A stretch of 64,000 nucleotides of DNA from Chiloscyllium plagiosum (Eukaryota): positions 117,620,638 to 117,684,637 of the forward strand of contig NC_057714.1 in assembly GCF_004010195.1 (NCBI RefSeq), in the 5' to 3' direction. The notes below the pieces were generated by a model. That model ran no database searches, was not told where the DNA came from, and saw only the letters and a list, made by a program, of their open reading frames with translations. Below are positions 23,432-36,073 of the stretch, in pieces (the stretch's first letter is position 1; the number at the start of each line of letters is the position of its first letter). Position numbers and translations under genes: made by a program.

Positions 23432-24651
23432 GAAAGGCCAATTTCTCTCCGTAAGTCGCTGACTTCAAGGAGGACGCAGATATCCAAAGAGATCGATGAT
23501 GGAGAGAATGGCCCAGTTGTTGGGGGACACCCTGTCACCCCCAAGCCTGCTGAAGATCTGCAGCTTGTATCTCAAGACTCTCCAGATGGATCTGATCAAC
23601 TAAAATTTCAGCATCCAGTCATGAAAGGTATTTCTCCATCAAAAGTGCTCCGAACCCAGACAAGGACTCCCCAGTCTATTAATAAACTACAGCAATTACA
23701 GCAGTGTGTGTCTCGGAGATTATCCTCGATTGATCGTGGCTGGTTGGACAGATGCCAGGAGAGAACACAACCAGATGTTGAATTGCCCATATTGGGCAGA
23801 CTTTCACTCCCAGCCAGTGGTAAATACAGTCTTGACTCTGATCATGGGAAACCTCCTTCATTCGGTGACTCTACTCCCCAAGTTGATCACAAGCCTCAAA
23901 ATGTGAATGACACAATACAGGTAGCCAGTGAGCAGCCTCTGCAACTAAGTGATTCCCCAACAGTCAATAAGGGGTCCTGTACAGTGACTGCTACATCTCC
24001 CTCAGCTGGTGATACACCCTCCTCATTGGGTAATGTCTCTTTAAAAGTTAGACATGATGAGCTATCCGTTTCCTCGAGTGATTTTCAGGATTCTGAAAAG
24101 CCTCCAGAATTAGGGAATGGCTATTTCCGAGATGATCATGCTTGCCAAAAATATGTTGACACGGGGAAAATGCAGATTCTAACAAGAACTGGTTTGGAAC
24201 ATCAATTGTACATTAATTCAGTGACCAGTGAAGAGAGAAATTGCAATGCCCCAGAATCTTTGCAGGAAAATTATGATGAAGGAGAGAGAGAGACTGATTG
24301 TGAGCAGTCTAAAGTGATAAATACTAGGAAAGGTACACAAGACCTAAAGAGAAGCAGTAAGAAGCGACGGAGAACATTGGCAGCAGACGGAGTGAGTGCT
24401 GACGCTTGTGAAGATCTCAATGGCAATGCCAAGAAACGCAGAAAAACAACTAAACCTTCAAACACTACCACAGCTGAGATGGTGAAGAAGCAAATCCTCA
24501 AAGCCAATTGCAGAACTGTGCTGGACGACAGCAGTCCACCAGCGAATGAGGATGAGGGGAAGCCAAAACCCGAGCTGCCAAAGGAGAATCTCTACGGAGA
24601 TGTGGAAGAAGGGAACATCTGTTCAGAGGCTCAGAAGAGCAGTGGCATGAG
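23432..24651 (+). CDS. RECQL4: RECQL4 coding exon 5 (1220 nt, largely disordered, basic NLS-like clusters)
   Basis: Open frame ERPISLRKS...KLQQLQQCVSRRLSSIDRGWLDRCQ (human [24 protein letters not shown])...KRSSKKRRR...KKRRK. aag acceptor after a T-run, AG|GTAGGT donor, phase 0 to 2. Confidence 0.88.
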
Positions 24652-24841
24652 GTAGGTACAGACATTGACCTAACAAGCAATATCAGAGGTATATGAGAAA
24701 GATGTACTCAATTTTGTTTTGCTTTCTATTTTAATGCTCGATTCAACGGAACAAATTCTTACTTTGGTTGCAGTTGTAGTTATCTATTACGAGACCAAGC
24801 CTAAGATGGAACTATTTGTCCTTCCCAGTTAGAAGAAATGC

Positions 24842-25056
24842 CATTATATAGTTCCGCCTAGGAACCCTCCAACCACAAGGGATGAACTCGGATTTCACCA
24901 GTTTCCTCATTTCCCCTCCCCCCCCCCACCCTGTCTCAGTCAAATCCATCAAATACAGCACCGCTGCTGCCTGACCTGCTGCGCTTTTCCAGCAACACAT
25001 TTCCAGCTCTGATCTCCAGCATCTGCAGACCTCACTTTCTCCTCATTATATAGTTC
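24842..25056 (+). mobile_element. Penelope-like insertion retaining the GIY-YIG endonuclease C-terminus, 13-bp TSD
   Basis: Translates FRLGTLQPQGMNSDFTSF. CATTATATAGTTC at 24842-24854 and 25044-25056. Confidence 0.8.
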
Positions 25057-25289
25057 AGGCTAGTAAATGTGATCTTTTGGGCTGTTTCTTCAGGGCTTTT
25101 TTAGGTGCATTGATCTCATTTCTCATGCAAGGTGTATGAAATATCTTTCTATAACCTTGCTATACTTGAGCTGCTAGGGATCATAGTTGATTGAACTTAA
25201 CTGAAAAGCAAAGGTGGATGGCAAGTCAGAAGGCTGCCTTTTTTTCATACTCCATACAACAAATGACTAAAAGAATGAGAGCAAAATTA

Positions 25290-26580
25290 GAGTACAAGAG
25301 AAAGCTAACAAGAAATAAAGATAGTAAGAGTTTCTAATCATAATTCTATTAATTTTAAAATAGTTATGGAAACAGGCCTTGTATAAAACTTAAAGTTCTT
25401 AATTAGAGTAAGGCAAATTTTGAAGATACGAGACAAGAACTGTCAAAAATTGATTGGAATAGACTGTTTGCGGGTAAAGGGACAACCGGCAAGAGGGCGC
25501 TTTCAGAAGTGTGATAACAAGTTCAGAAGCATTATCTTCCTGTTCGAGAGAAGGCTAAGGTTGGTAAGAGTGGACCAATGAATGAATAAAGATATTGAGG
25601 CTCTGGTCAAGCATAAGGAAGGGCTGTATATTAGGTATAGATAGCTGGGATCAACTGAATTTCTTGAGGAATAACAGAGGTGCAGAGTCATTCTTGAGAG
25701 GGAAATCAGGAAGGCAGAAAGGGAATATGAGATTGCCTTAGCAGATAAGGTTAAGGATGATTCAAAGACATTCTACAAATTCATTAAGAGCAAAAGAGCA
25801 AGACGGGAGAGAATAGGGCCCCTTAAAGATCAATGAGGTTGTCTATCTGTAGAACCACAGGAGATGAGAGAGATACTAAATTAATATTTTGTCAGTTTTT
25901 ATTGTTGAGACAGAAATGGAGGAACTCGGAAATAAATATTGATGTTTTAAAAATAGTCCCCATTACAGAAGACGAAGTGCTGGAGGACTTATAAAACATT
26001 AAGGTGGCTAAATTTCTAGGACCTGATCAAATGTATCCCTGGACAGCATGGGAAGTTAAAGAAGAAATTGCAGGACCTCTATCAGAGATATTTGTATCAT
26101 CTACAGCCACGAGTGAGGTAACAGAGGACTGGAGGATGGCTAATGTTGTACCTATATTTAAGAAAACCAAAGACAAATGAGTCTGACATCAGTGGTGGGG
26201 AAGTTGTTGAAGGGGATTCTGAGAAATAGGATTTACATGCATTTGGAGAGGCAAGGACTGATTCGGGATAGTCAGCATGGCTTTGAGCTCGGAAAATAAT
26301 GTCTGACAAACTTGATGGAATTCTTTGAGGGCAAAGTGTTAACTGTTATCCACATGGACTTTAGTAAGGCCTTTGACAAAGTTCCGCTGTAGATGGAAAA
26401 TGTTAGACGTTGTTATTAAGGACAATAGAGCAGGTTACTTTAAAAAAATCAAGGTAATCTGGTGGAGTCATAGTTTTGTGAAAGGGGAAAGCTTATCTAA
26501 TTAATTTATTGGAGTTCTTCAAAGAAGTAATGTGCAGTGGGTAAAAGGAGAATGAGTGGATGCAGTATACTGCAAACCGA
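25290..26580 (+). mobile_element. Degenerate CR1 ORF2 fragments
   Basis: aggcaaattttgaa, ggacctgatcaaatgtatccc, agtcagcatggcttt and atggactttagtaaggcctttgacaaagttcc, with many stops. Confidence 0.75.
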
Positions 26581-26691
26581 CTGAGAAAAGGATTTCTGTT
26601 GTAGATGTTTACATTGTAGTCGTGTTGAGTCTTGACTGCTTGATCAATCTTCACTACTATTACTTTTGGCTTTGCTTATAATCTGTTGTAG

Positions 26692-26794
26692 AGTTGCACC
26701 ACCTAAAAAAGATGGAAACTTTGTGAGAATCAACCTTAAGAAGAAATCACACGTCAGAGGTGGAGTGTTACGAGGAACGTATCTTCGCAAACAG
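26692..26794 (+). CDS. RECQL4: RECQL4 coding exon 6
   Basis: GNFVRINLKKKSHVRGGVLRGTYLRKQ resembles human [27 protein letters not shown]. Phase 2 to 0. Confidence 0.93.
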
Positions 26795-27582
26795 GTACTG
26801 CATTTAAGTTACTTTCTGCGGTAGAACTTGTTGTTCACGACGCTTCTTTTGATGAATATAAAACTAGTAGCTTCTCCTTTTTTGAGGTATGGAAGTTTGA
26901 AAACAATGCAATTGTGTTCTTCCTGGTTTTTATTAATATTAATATGGTTATTAATATTTGGATAGCTGCAGGTTTTTCAGTATTTGAAAGATGATTTTAA
27001 AAGGGCAAGGACCTGACTATTGACATTAGCAGTGATGTGATTGATCAGAAAAAAAACACACCTTTTGAATTTTATCTGTTGCCTGAGATGCAATCAATCA
27101 AATCTGTACGTTTCACTCAGGGAATGAACCAAAACTTGGCTATGTAGTTAACATGAACATCTGCCTGTTTGCCAGAAAAGCATCAACTTAGAGCATATTG
27201 TGTTGACGAGTCACTGTCTTTGTGGACCCAGGCTAATACTTTGTGGATATGACTTCAAATCCAGCTCAGCAGCAGCTGATTGAATTTAAATTCACTTCAT
27301 CAAATTTGGAATTGAAAACCAATCTCTGTGACAGGGACCATAATAACTCTCCTCGATTGTTGTAAAACCCACCTAATTCATTGATCTTTTAAGGAAGGAA
27401 ATCAGCCGTTGTAACCCATCTGGCCTCCGTGTCGTTCCAGACCCAGCAAAATATGGTTGGTTCTCAACCACAGTCTGAAGTGGCCTAGTGGGCTCCTCAG
27501 TTCAAGGCCAATTAGGGAAAGGTAACAAATACTGCTATTGCCAGCGACATGCACAGCCGCTGTTTTCCCTTTCTTTCAATAT

Positions 27583-27765
27583 GGACGCTCAGCAGGTCTG
27601 GCAGCATCTGTGGAGAGAAATCAGCACTAACGTTTCTGGGCCACTCACCCTTCCTTCAAACAGGAGCGGAAACGTTAGCTCTGATTTCTGTCCAAAGATG
27701 CTGCCAGACCTGCTGAGCGTTTCCAGCAATTTCTATTTTTGTTTCTGATTTCCAGCATCCACAGT
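27583..27765. mobile_element. Inverted Penelope-like pLTR pair
   Basis: acgctcagcaggtctggcagcatct and agatgctgccagacctgctgagcgt arms; GAAACGTTAGC remnant. Confidence 0.65.
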
Positions 27766-27989
27766 TGTAGAGTCGTACAGTCATACAGCATGGAAATAGA
27801 TCCTTCGGTCCAAGCGCGACACAATCCCAAACTGAACTAGTCCTTCCTACCTGCTCCAGACCCATATCCCTTCAAACCTTTCCTATTCATGTATCCATTC
27901 CAAATGTCTTTTAAATGTTGTAATTGTTTTGGTTTTGAAAACAAATGTAGTTTACTAATGTGCCTTTCTGATGTTATGGATTTCCAAAG

Positions 27990-28119
27990 GCCTGGAAGCA
28001 GAAGTGGAATTTAAAAGGGGAACGTTTTGGTGGTGGTGCTGGTCAATTCAGCAGAAAGGGAGACACGTGTTTCCGCTGTGGAGTAGCAGGTCACTGGGCC
28101 AAGAACTGCAGCAGTCAGG
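27990..28119 (+). CDS. RECQL4: RECQL4 coding exon 7, CCHC zinc knuckle
   Basis: AWKQKWNLKGERFGGG...CFRCGVAGHWAKNC (C-x2-C-x4-H-x4-C). G|GTAAGT donor, phase 0 to 1. Confidence 0.93.
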
Positions 28120-30172
28120 GTAAGTGTATTCAGTCATACCATTCTTGCCTTTCAGAGGTTGGACATTGTGCTTTTTTTTTAAAAAGGAGACTTGTGTTGA
28201 CTTTTATAGTAATGAGGGGAGACCCCAGGTGGCAGCCCTACCTGACCAGGCAGGAGCTCTATCAAGCAGCATGATGTGACAGTCCGGAATCCATGTTCTG
28301 CTTGGCTGAAATGATACCACCAACCCCTGCCAAACCTCCCTACCCCCCCCCTCCCCCACTCCCCTCCAGGCCTGTGGTTGATATCAGAATTAATGTTTTG
28401 GATCAGGGTCGGCTGTGAATTCCTGATGTTCCTGTATTCTGCTGCTTGTTCTGGTTCACACCTCAGTTGGTGCCAAAAGGCTGATTGTTGAGATTGAGAG
28501 AGTGCAGAATGACATCCTGACAGCTGTAAATTCGAGTAATTCTGTTTTATCTGTGTCCGCTGGGGACGACTTAAGAGAAGTTAAGCTGGTATGTGCTGAA
28601 ACAAATGAAGCCAGTGGGAAGAAAGTGGTTCTGTCATCCAAACTGGAATCATTTAGAGATTTGTTATCTCAGATCTTCAGCTGCTATTTGCTTGTGCTTA
28701 GAAGAAGACAAAAGTATAAACTTTTAATTTAAGAAATTTTATAGGAATTTAATCCCTTTTGTTTTGATTGGGGTGAAGAGATTGGAGTAAGGGTGCTATT
28801 TAACGAGTATCTATGAAAACGGGTTATACCCATCCATTATTCTCTTTTCAAAAATTGGAATGAGAGTATTTCTCATTCTCCAGCAGCTTGTCAGTGAGAG
28901 AAAGTGAAGCGTATTAAAAAATCTACTGCCTGGCTCTAGATTTGTTTGTGACATATGGGGTTCCAATTCTGTCTTTTGCATCCTGAAGGAGTAAGTACAA
29001 AGACAATCAGCAACTGAAATTAACTTGAAACAGTAAGTCATAGAAAGCTGGAGGATCTACAAGGGAATCACAGCACTTGATCCACACAGTATGGAATGAG
29101 TTTATTTCCTCTGATCAGAAGCCACAACAGCTGCACCCCCACCCCCCCCCCCCCAAACCCAAACATCCCCCCCAATCCATGCGCTCTATTTTCTCCCCAT
29201 TCCAAATGTGAAGTAACTTTGGCAGTAAGCTGGAGAAACGTGTTCAGTCTGAATGGACTTGAACACATCGATATTTCAAGATTCAGCTTATTATAAAATC
29301 TGTCATGTTTCAAATCTCCTTTTCTTTACTCAGACAGCAGTAAGGGTATGGAATGCTTTGCCTGCAACGGTAGCAGATTCGCCAACTTTAAGTGCATTTA
29401 AGTCGTCATTGGACAAACATATGGATGTACATGGAATAGTGTAGGTTAGATGGACTTCAGATTGGTATGACTGGTCGGTGCAATATCGAGGGCTGAAGGG
29501 CCTGTACTGCACTGTAATGTTCTATGTTGTATGAAAAGGTGCCCTGGCAATATTAATCAGTGGCTTCAGAATTTTATGGCTCCTGTCCAAAAAAGCAATT
29601 AACAGGCCTGCACGCTCAATAAAGGACTTTGCTGGTCTAAGAGGAAAGAAATACATGTCTGGCTGCTGCTGGAAGCAATGTTCACAGACTGTGCAATCTG
29701 AGTGGAACTGACTTTAACATGTAAATCATCAGAAGAATTGTACAATGGTTGCAGCAGAGAAGGAGCTCATTCAGCCCATGGTATGTGTTCCTGTTGCACA
29801 AGCGCAAATCACCTAGCACCTCCATCATCACCTTTTCTTTTTCCGGAGCTTTCCTGGGTCTTTGTCTCCCCCCGCCACCCCACCGTCTTTTGGTCCATCT
29901 TTCTGGTGCAGACAGCTCTTTCAGTACTGCCCTATGCCTGAGCACCCTGATACCTGGCAGCTTATGCTGTGTCAACCAACTGTCTGAATCCTTTTAGTAA
30001 ATGACCATGGAACAGCTCCTCATGATGTTGGATGACCGTTGTCACCTTGCTCACCTCCATTTGAAAGTTTTTGTTTCTTCCACAAACAAAAAATTGTTAT
30101 TTTTGAAAACGCTGCATTTGTAATCAAGGAGCGTGGTACATGATAAGTCTTTGTTTACACTTGTAGAAGGTT

Positions 30173-30597
30173 AGTCATAGGGATGTACAGCACGGAAACA
30201 GACCCTTCGGTCCAACTCGTCCATGTCGAACAGATATCCCAACCCAATCTAGCCAGCACCCGGCCCATATCCCTCCCAACCCTTCCTATTCATATACCAA
30301 TCCAGATGCCTTTCAAATGTTGCAATTGTACTAGCCTCCGCCACTTTCTCTGGCAGCCCATTCCATACACGTACCACACTCTGCATGAAAAAGTTGCCCC
30401 TTAGGTCTCTTTTATATCTTGCCCCTCTCACCCTAAACCTATGCCCTCTAGTTCTGGACTCCCCCACCCTAGGGAAAAGACTTTGTCTATTCACCCTATC
30501 AATGCCCCTCATGATTTTATAAACCTCTATAAGGTCACCCGTCAGCCTCCGATGCTCCAGGGAAAACAGCCCTAGCCTATTCAACCTCTCCCGATAG
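30173..30597 (-). mobile_element. CR1 (HER1-like) 3' fragment
   Basis: YRERLNRLGLFSLEHRRLTGDLIEVYKIM...TRGHRF...FFMQSVVRVWNGLP. Confidence 0.88.
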
Positions 30598-31398
30598 CAG
30601 GAAGTCTGATGCGACACGGGAAATGCTAAATATGGAATACTAAGAACACCGTTTTAAAGGGGAACCCCATTTCCAATAGTACCCTTGTAAAATCATCCTT
30701 TATTTTATTCTGCATTTCCTCATTACTCCTGCTAAAGTAAATAATTTCACTTCTCTACATTAAATTTTGTCCTCAATGTACATGTCCAAACTACTAGCCT
30801 GTCTTTGCCCTCTTGAAGTTTATCACTGTCTTCCTTGCAGTTCTGTAAACTTTCACTATTCGGGCTATTGCCCTGGAAGGACTACTGATGTGGGAAGAGA
30901 TGTTCCCCTATTAAATGTTTGTCTCCAGCCAGAAATACTGAAGTGCCTTTCTATCACCTTTCCAATTACAAAATGACCAAAGTCCTTTGCACAACTTGAA
31001 TGAGCTGCCAGAGGATGTGGTGGAGGCTGGTACAATTGCAACATTTAAGAGGCATTTGGATGGGTATATGAATAGGAAGGGTTTGGAGGGATATGGGCCG
31101 GTTGCTGGCAGGTGGGACTAGATTGGGTTGGGATATCTGGTCGGCATGAAGAGTTTGGGCCGAAGGGTCTGTTTCCATGCTGTACATCTCTATGACTCTA
31201 TAACTTAGTAATGCCCTTAGCCTCTATTACACTTATAGTTTGCTTTCTCTCTAGACCAAACTTGCACATTACAGTAACCCTTGCTAACTAACCTCCATGT
31301 CTCTGGACAGGGAATCTTACAGCGTGGAAGTGATACTAAACACCATTGCACATTTCTGAACAGTGCAGTAACTGTGGCAATGTCATGCTTTGTTTCAG

Positions 31399-31530
31399 GA
31401 GTTAACACCGGGTTTAAAGCAGTATCTGAGGAGAAAGTGGAAATGTCTGAGATGATAGATGATGACATTGCCCCATTACCAACCCTGGAGGAAGTAGCCC
31501 GTTTGACATCAATGTGTAACACTGAGAGGG
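31399..31530 (+). CDS. RECQL4: RECQL4 coding exon 8
   Basis: ...DDDIAPLPTLEEVARLT. tttcag acceptor, G|GTAAGA donor, phase 1 to 1. Confidence 0.8.
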
Positions 31531-32248
31531 GTAAGAGAGATGACTGAGAAACAAATGGTTCAGGTTTCAATAAAAACGAGTTTAATTTTCAATGTACAAT
31601 GTAAAGGAAGAGAGTGGAGCAAAATAAAATGTAAAACCTTTTTAAAAAGCACATTAGGTGTGCAGTTGAATGGAAGGATCCTGTTGGTGTGATTCACTGT
31701 TAGCATGACTAAAGAATCACATTGATTCTTGCATTTGGGCAACCTGCAGTTTGGAATAGAATGAGGCTTGTAAGTACTGCAAAACAAATGAAAATCCAAA
31801 GGTAGAGGGGACAGGTACACTTTAGTTATGTTCTCCATGATCAATGAATGGATTGGTTTCCCTCAAAGGCCATGGGATTTTTCTCATCAGTGGGTGGTGT
31901 TGATAATTAATAGAGTGGAACCGTTTATGGATACACTCGGGAAATCTCCTATTAGGCCAGTCTGATCCTGTATGGGCCATCTTTCATGTCTAATAATGTC
32001 GGATATGAGTTAGTTAAAATTGACCGCATAGTTTACCCATTTGTAACATCATTAGAAATGAAAATTGGTTGGGGATAAATCATGAGCAAGTCTCCCACCT
32101 CACAGAAGCTGTTGAAATGAACCCTTTTTCCCTATTTTATTACTACTTAGGGCTGCTGACTCTGAAAGTGGTCCTTATTACATGTCTGTGTCACTGTTTT
32201 AACCTTTTAACCAGGACCATGTTCTTGGCTATCACATTTTCATTGCAG

Positions 32249-32401
32249 GCATCTCGGCTCCAGATAATACAAGGGCACAGTTTGAACCGGGGTCTGCTGC
32301 TGAGCTTCAAATGAACACTGCATGTCCGACATTTGAGAAACCAGAAGCTCCCCCAGCAGTGGAACCTCTGTACAGGCTTGGAGAGGATGGAAAGGTCATG
32401 G
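32249..32401 (+). CDS. RECQL4: RECQL4 coding exon 9
   Basis: ...PEAPPAVEPLYRLGEDGKVM resembles human PTVLPLYSLGPSGQLA. ttgcag acceptor, G|GTATGA donor, phase 1 to 1. Confidence 0.88.
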
Positions 32402-32459
32402 GTATGAGATTTAATTGAGTTTTAACAAACCATCTTCTGCTACTTCATCAATGATCTTT

Positions 32460-33660
32460 TTTAAAATTTATTCATGGCATGAGGGTGTCGCTGGCTGGGC
32501 CAGCATTTATTGCCCATCCCTAATTATCCAGAGGGCAACCACTTTGCTGTGTCTGGAGTCACATGTAGGCTATGGGATTTCCTTCCCTAAAGGACATTAG
32601 TGAGCCAGGTGGGTCTTTAATGATAATCAGCATTGGTTATATGATCATTGTTAGACTATTAATTGCAGATTTTAATGGAATTCAAATTCCACCATTCACT
32701 GCAATGGGTCTTCAGAACATTATTTGTGTCTCTGGATAAATAGACTAGTGATAATGACACTAAGCCATTGCATCCTCTTCATACGGTCAGAAATGGGGAT
32801 GTTTACCAAGGATTGGTTATGCAATATTCGGCACCATTTGCGACTCCTCCAGTCATGAAACAGTCCATGTTCGTATGCAACAAGGCCTGGAAAACATCTA
32901 GGCTGGGGCTGACAAGTGGCAAGTAACATTTGCAACACAGACTGCCAGGCAATGACCATCTCCAGTAAGAGGCAGTTTAACCACTGCTCCTTGACATTCA
33001 ATGATGTTACCATCACTGAATCTCCAACTATTAACATTATGAAGATTACCATTGACCAGAAAGTCAACTCGACTGGCCACATAAATCCAGTGGCTGCAAA
33101 AGCAAGTCAGAGACTGGGAGTACTGCAATGAGTAACTCACCTCCTGACTCCCCAAAGCCTGTCCACTTACTACAAGGCACAAGTCAAGAGTGTGGTGGAA
33201 TACTCCCCACTCAAGAAGCTTGACACCATCCAGCAGTCTGCATGATTGGAACCACATCTACAAGCATCCAGCACTGTGATGCTCAGAAGCAGCAGTGTGT
33301 ACTAGCTACAAGATGCACCAAATTCATCAAGAATCCTCAGACAGCACCTTCCAAACCTACAACCACTTCCATCTAGAAGGACAAGGGAACACTAATACAA
33401 GGGAACACTACTATCAACAAGTTCCTCTCCAACCCACTCATCATCCTGACTTGGAAATCTATCGCTGTTCCTCCACGGTCATTGGGACAAATACCTGGAA
33501 TTTCCTCCCTTAAGTGCGTTGTAGGTCAACCGACAGTATATGGATTGCAGCAGTTTAAGAAGGTAGCTCATCACCACCTTCTCAAAGGCAGCTAGAAATT
33601 GGCTGACCAGCATTTATTGCCTATGACACCCCACGTCCCATGAATGAATTTATTTAAAAA
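32460..33660. mobile_element. Minus-strand SINE (32460-32780) next to a degenerate CR1/L2-clade LINE 3' fragment (+, 32780-33660)
   Basis: LINE part contains ggctggggctgacaagtggcaagtaacatt and tacaaggcacaagtcaagagtgtggtggaatactc. The SINE shares its gggcaataaatgctggccc-type tail. Related copies lie at about 36780-37860 and 63100-63975. Confidence 0.6.
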
Positions 33661-35072
33661 AAAGCCCCTTCACATTCTAATATTTGTAAGCTATCCTTGC
33701 CAGAAAGTATATGTGAGCTTGGTGTAAGAGATAAGATCATGTTTCCAAATAGTTCCATTATCACCTCTGCAGGAGATTGCATGTTGATGTCCATGTGCAG
33801 CACTGCAAGGGAAGATGTAATAGAGTAGTGGAGAGAGACCGTCTTTGTAATGTTAAGTTATCTGGCTGCCTAATTTTATTCTTAGTAATGGGTGAATATA
33901 AATGAATCTCTGTCTATTACTGACATTATAACCATTGGCAACTTTTTCATGCAGATGTTATAAAATGAGTAGCCAGAGGAAATGGTGGAGGCTGGTACAA
34001 TTACAACATCGAAAAGGCATCTGGATGGTTACATGAATAGGAAGGGTTTAGAGGGATATGGGCAAATGGAACTAGATTAATTTAGGAGATCAGGTCGGCA
34101 TGGATAAATTGGATCGAAGGCTCTGTTTCCGTGCTGTATAACTCTATAACAGTGACTCTGATTTGTTATGGAACACAAATGAATAACCACTGTCTTTTCT
34201 GTCGGTTGAGATCCCCACAAATAGGACAGTCCTTTACAATCAACCCAAAGGGACAGTGTAACAAGTGACTGATGTTGAGTGAAGCTTTAATTACGGAAAA
34301 ATATGTATTAATATTGGTCATGTGATGTAGACATTATTGGCAAGACCAACATTTTGTGTCATTCCTAATTGCAGTTGAGAAGGTAGTGGTGAGCTGCTGG
34401 CTTGAATTGCTCCAATCCATTGAGTATAGGGACACCTACCATGATTTGGATAAGGAGTTCCAGAATTTTGAGCCAGTTGTAGGGAAGGAACAACAACACA
34501 ATTTCAAGTCAGGGTGGGGTGTGACTTGGAATAGAAATTGGTGTTCTAATTGGTAGAGGTTGAAAATGCTGGGGAAGCATCCTCTGAGTTGGTGCAGTGG
34601 AGCTTGTAGTTAGATGGGTTGCCAATCATGTGGACTACTTTCCTTTGGGGAAATTTGAATTAACCATAAGGAAGGAAAGGTTTTGTATTTCTATAGAATA
34701 TCTTAGGGTGTGTCAAACAGTGTTCACTGTTGTCAGGTGAAACATGTAGCAGCCAATTTCCAAAGGACGTGCTGTCTCAAACAGCAGTATTTGATGATGA
34801 TTGAGGAATAAATATTAGTAGGACACCAGAGATAAGTTCTCTGCTTTTCCTTGAAATGGTACCAGGCAGTCTTTTGCTTTGTCCTGTTGAGTGTTTGGTT
34901 CCATGGTTTAATGATTTGTCTGAAAGTGTAGGACTATGTACTGTCAGCCTGAGGTTTTTGTACTCCGGTTTTGGAATGGGATTTGTGACCTGGTGATGTG
35001 TGCTACCAGCTCAGGCTCCGGATTTGGGCAACACTACATTTATTAATTTTTTTTTTAAACTCTCTTTGTCAG

Positions 35073-35165
35073 CTACTCCGGCAGAGGTATTTGAAGCCCT
35101 GACAGAGCTCGGGTACCATTCATTCAGACCAGGCCAGGAATTAACCGTGATGAGAATTTTATCAG
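35073..35165 (+). CDS. RECQL4: RECQL4 coding exon 10 (helicase motif 0/Q)
   Basis: [31 protein letters not shown] resembles human [31 protein letters not shown]. Confidence 0.96.
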
Positions 35166-35936
35166 GTATGTCAGAAAGAACAAACTGGTTCAGGCAGTGA
35201 CCATGTTTCAGTAACATACATATGGCAATAGTGGTGCAGTCTCTCCAGCTAGGAAGTCTGCTTATACTGTAACCATTGGCACTATGTGGAAACCCACACT
35301 GTCAAATAAAGTTCTGCAAACAGGAATAAATGACATAGCCACTCAATATGAAGGCTGCGAGACGTGAGAAGCAAGGCGAGGAAAGGCTTCATCTGTGTGA
35401 CGGCTTTACTGAATTATTCGTTTCCTTGTGACAATTAGAATGAGTCATATCTCCTCTGCTTCAGCATGTGAAGTAACTTCAAACTTTGTTTGAACCAGCA
35501 CTTTGTGAACTGGCACACTTGATTAAACCAGCAAAAATTATATACCTCAAATAGCAGACATTTACTGTATTATTGCAATCTTCACAATGTCTGAGTAGTC
35601 AGCTGAGAGTGCGAGTGAGAAGTCTCTCTGACAGTACATTTTAAAAAAAATTTAAGGCAAAGTTGCATCATTACTTAAGTGATTTATGTTGTAAATAAAG
35701 TATAACAGGGATGTGTATACCTGCATTACTCTGTGTTTTTACATTGATTATGTGGACCTCTTGATCAACCAGAATTTTTGATAACTGGTACACTCCTGGT
35801 CCCATAGGTGCTGGTCAATAAAAAGTTTGCTGTACAACTTAAGTAGTTAATTAAAATGTAACACTTGAATACAACATTTTCAGAGGTGCCTAATGTTCTT
35901 GTCTGGTGTCTGTTCTGTCCATTGTCACCAAACTAG

Positions 35937-36073
35937 GTCTTTCTACTTTGGTTGTGCTCTCCACCGGAATGGGGAAATCATTTTGCTACCAATTACCTGC
36001 ATACCTGTATGCCAAGAGGTCAAAGTGCATCACCTTGGTGATTTCACCTCTTGTCTCACTGATGGATGATCAG
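35937..36073 (+). CDS. RECQL4: RECQL4 coding exon 11 (Walker A, motif Ia)
   Basis: [20 protein letters not shown]...[17 protein letters not shown]|GTGAG donor. Confidence 0.97.
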
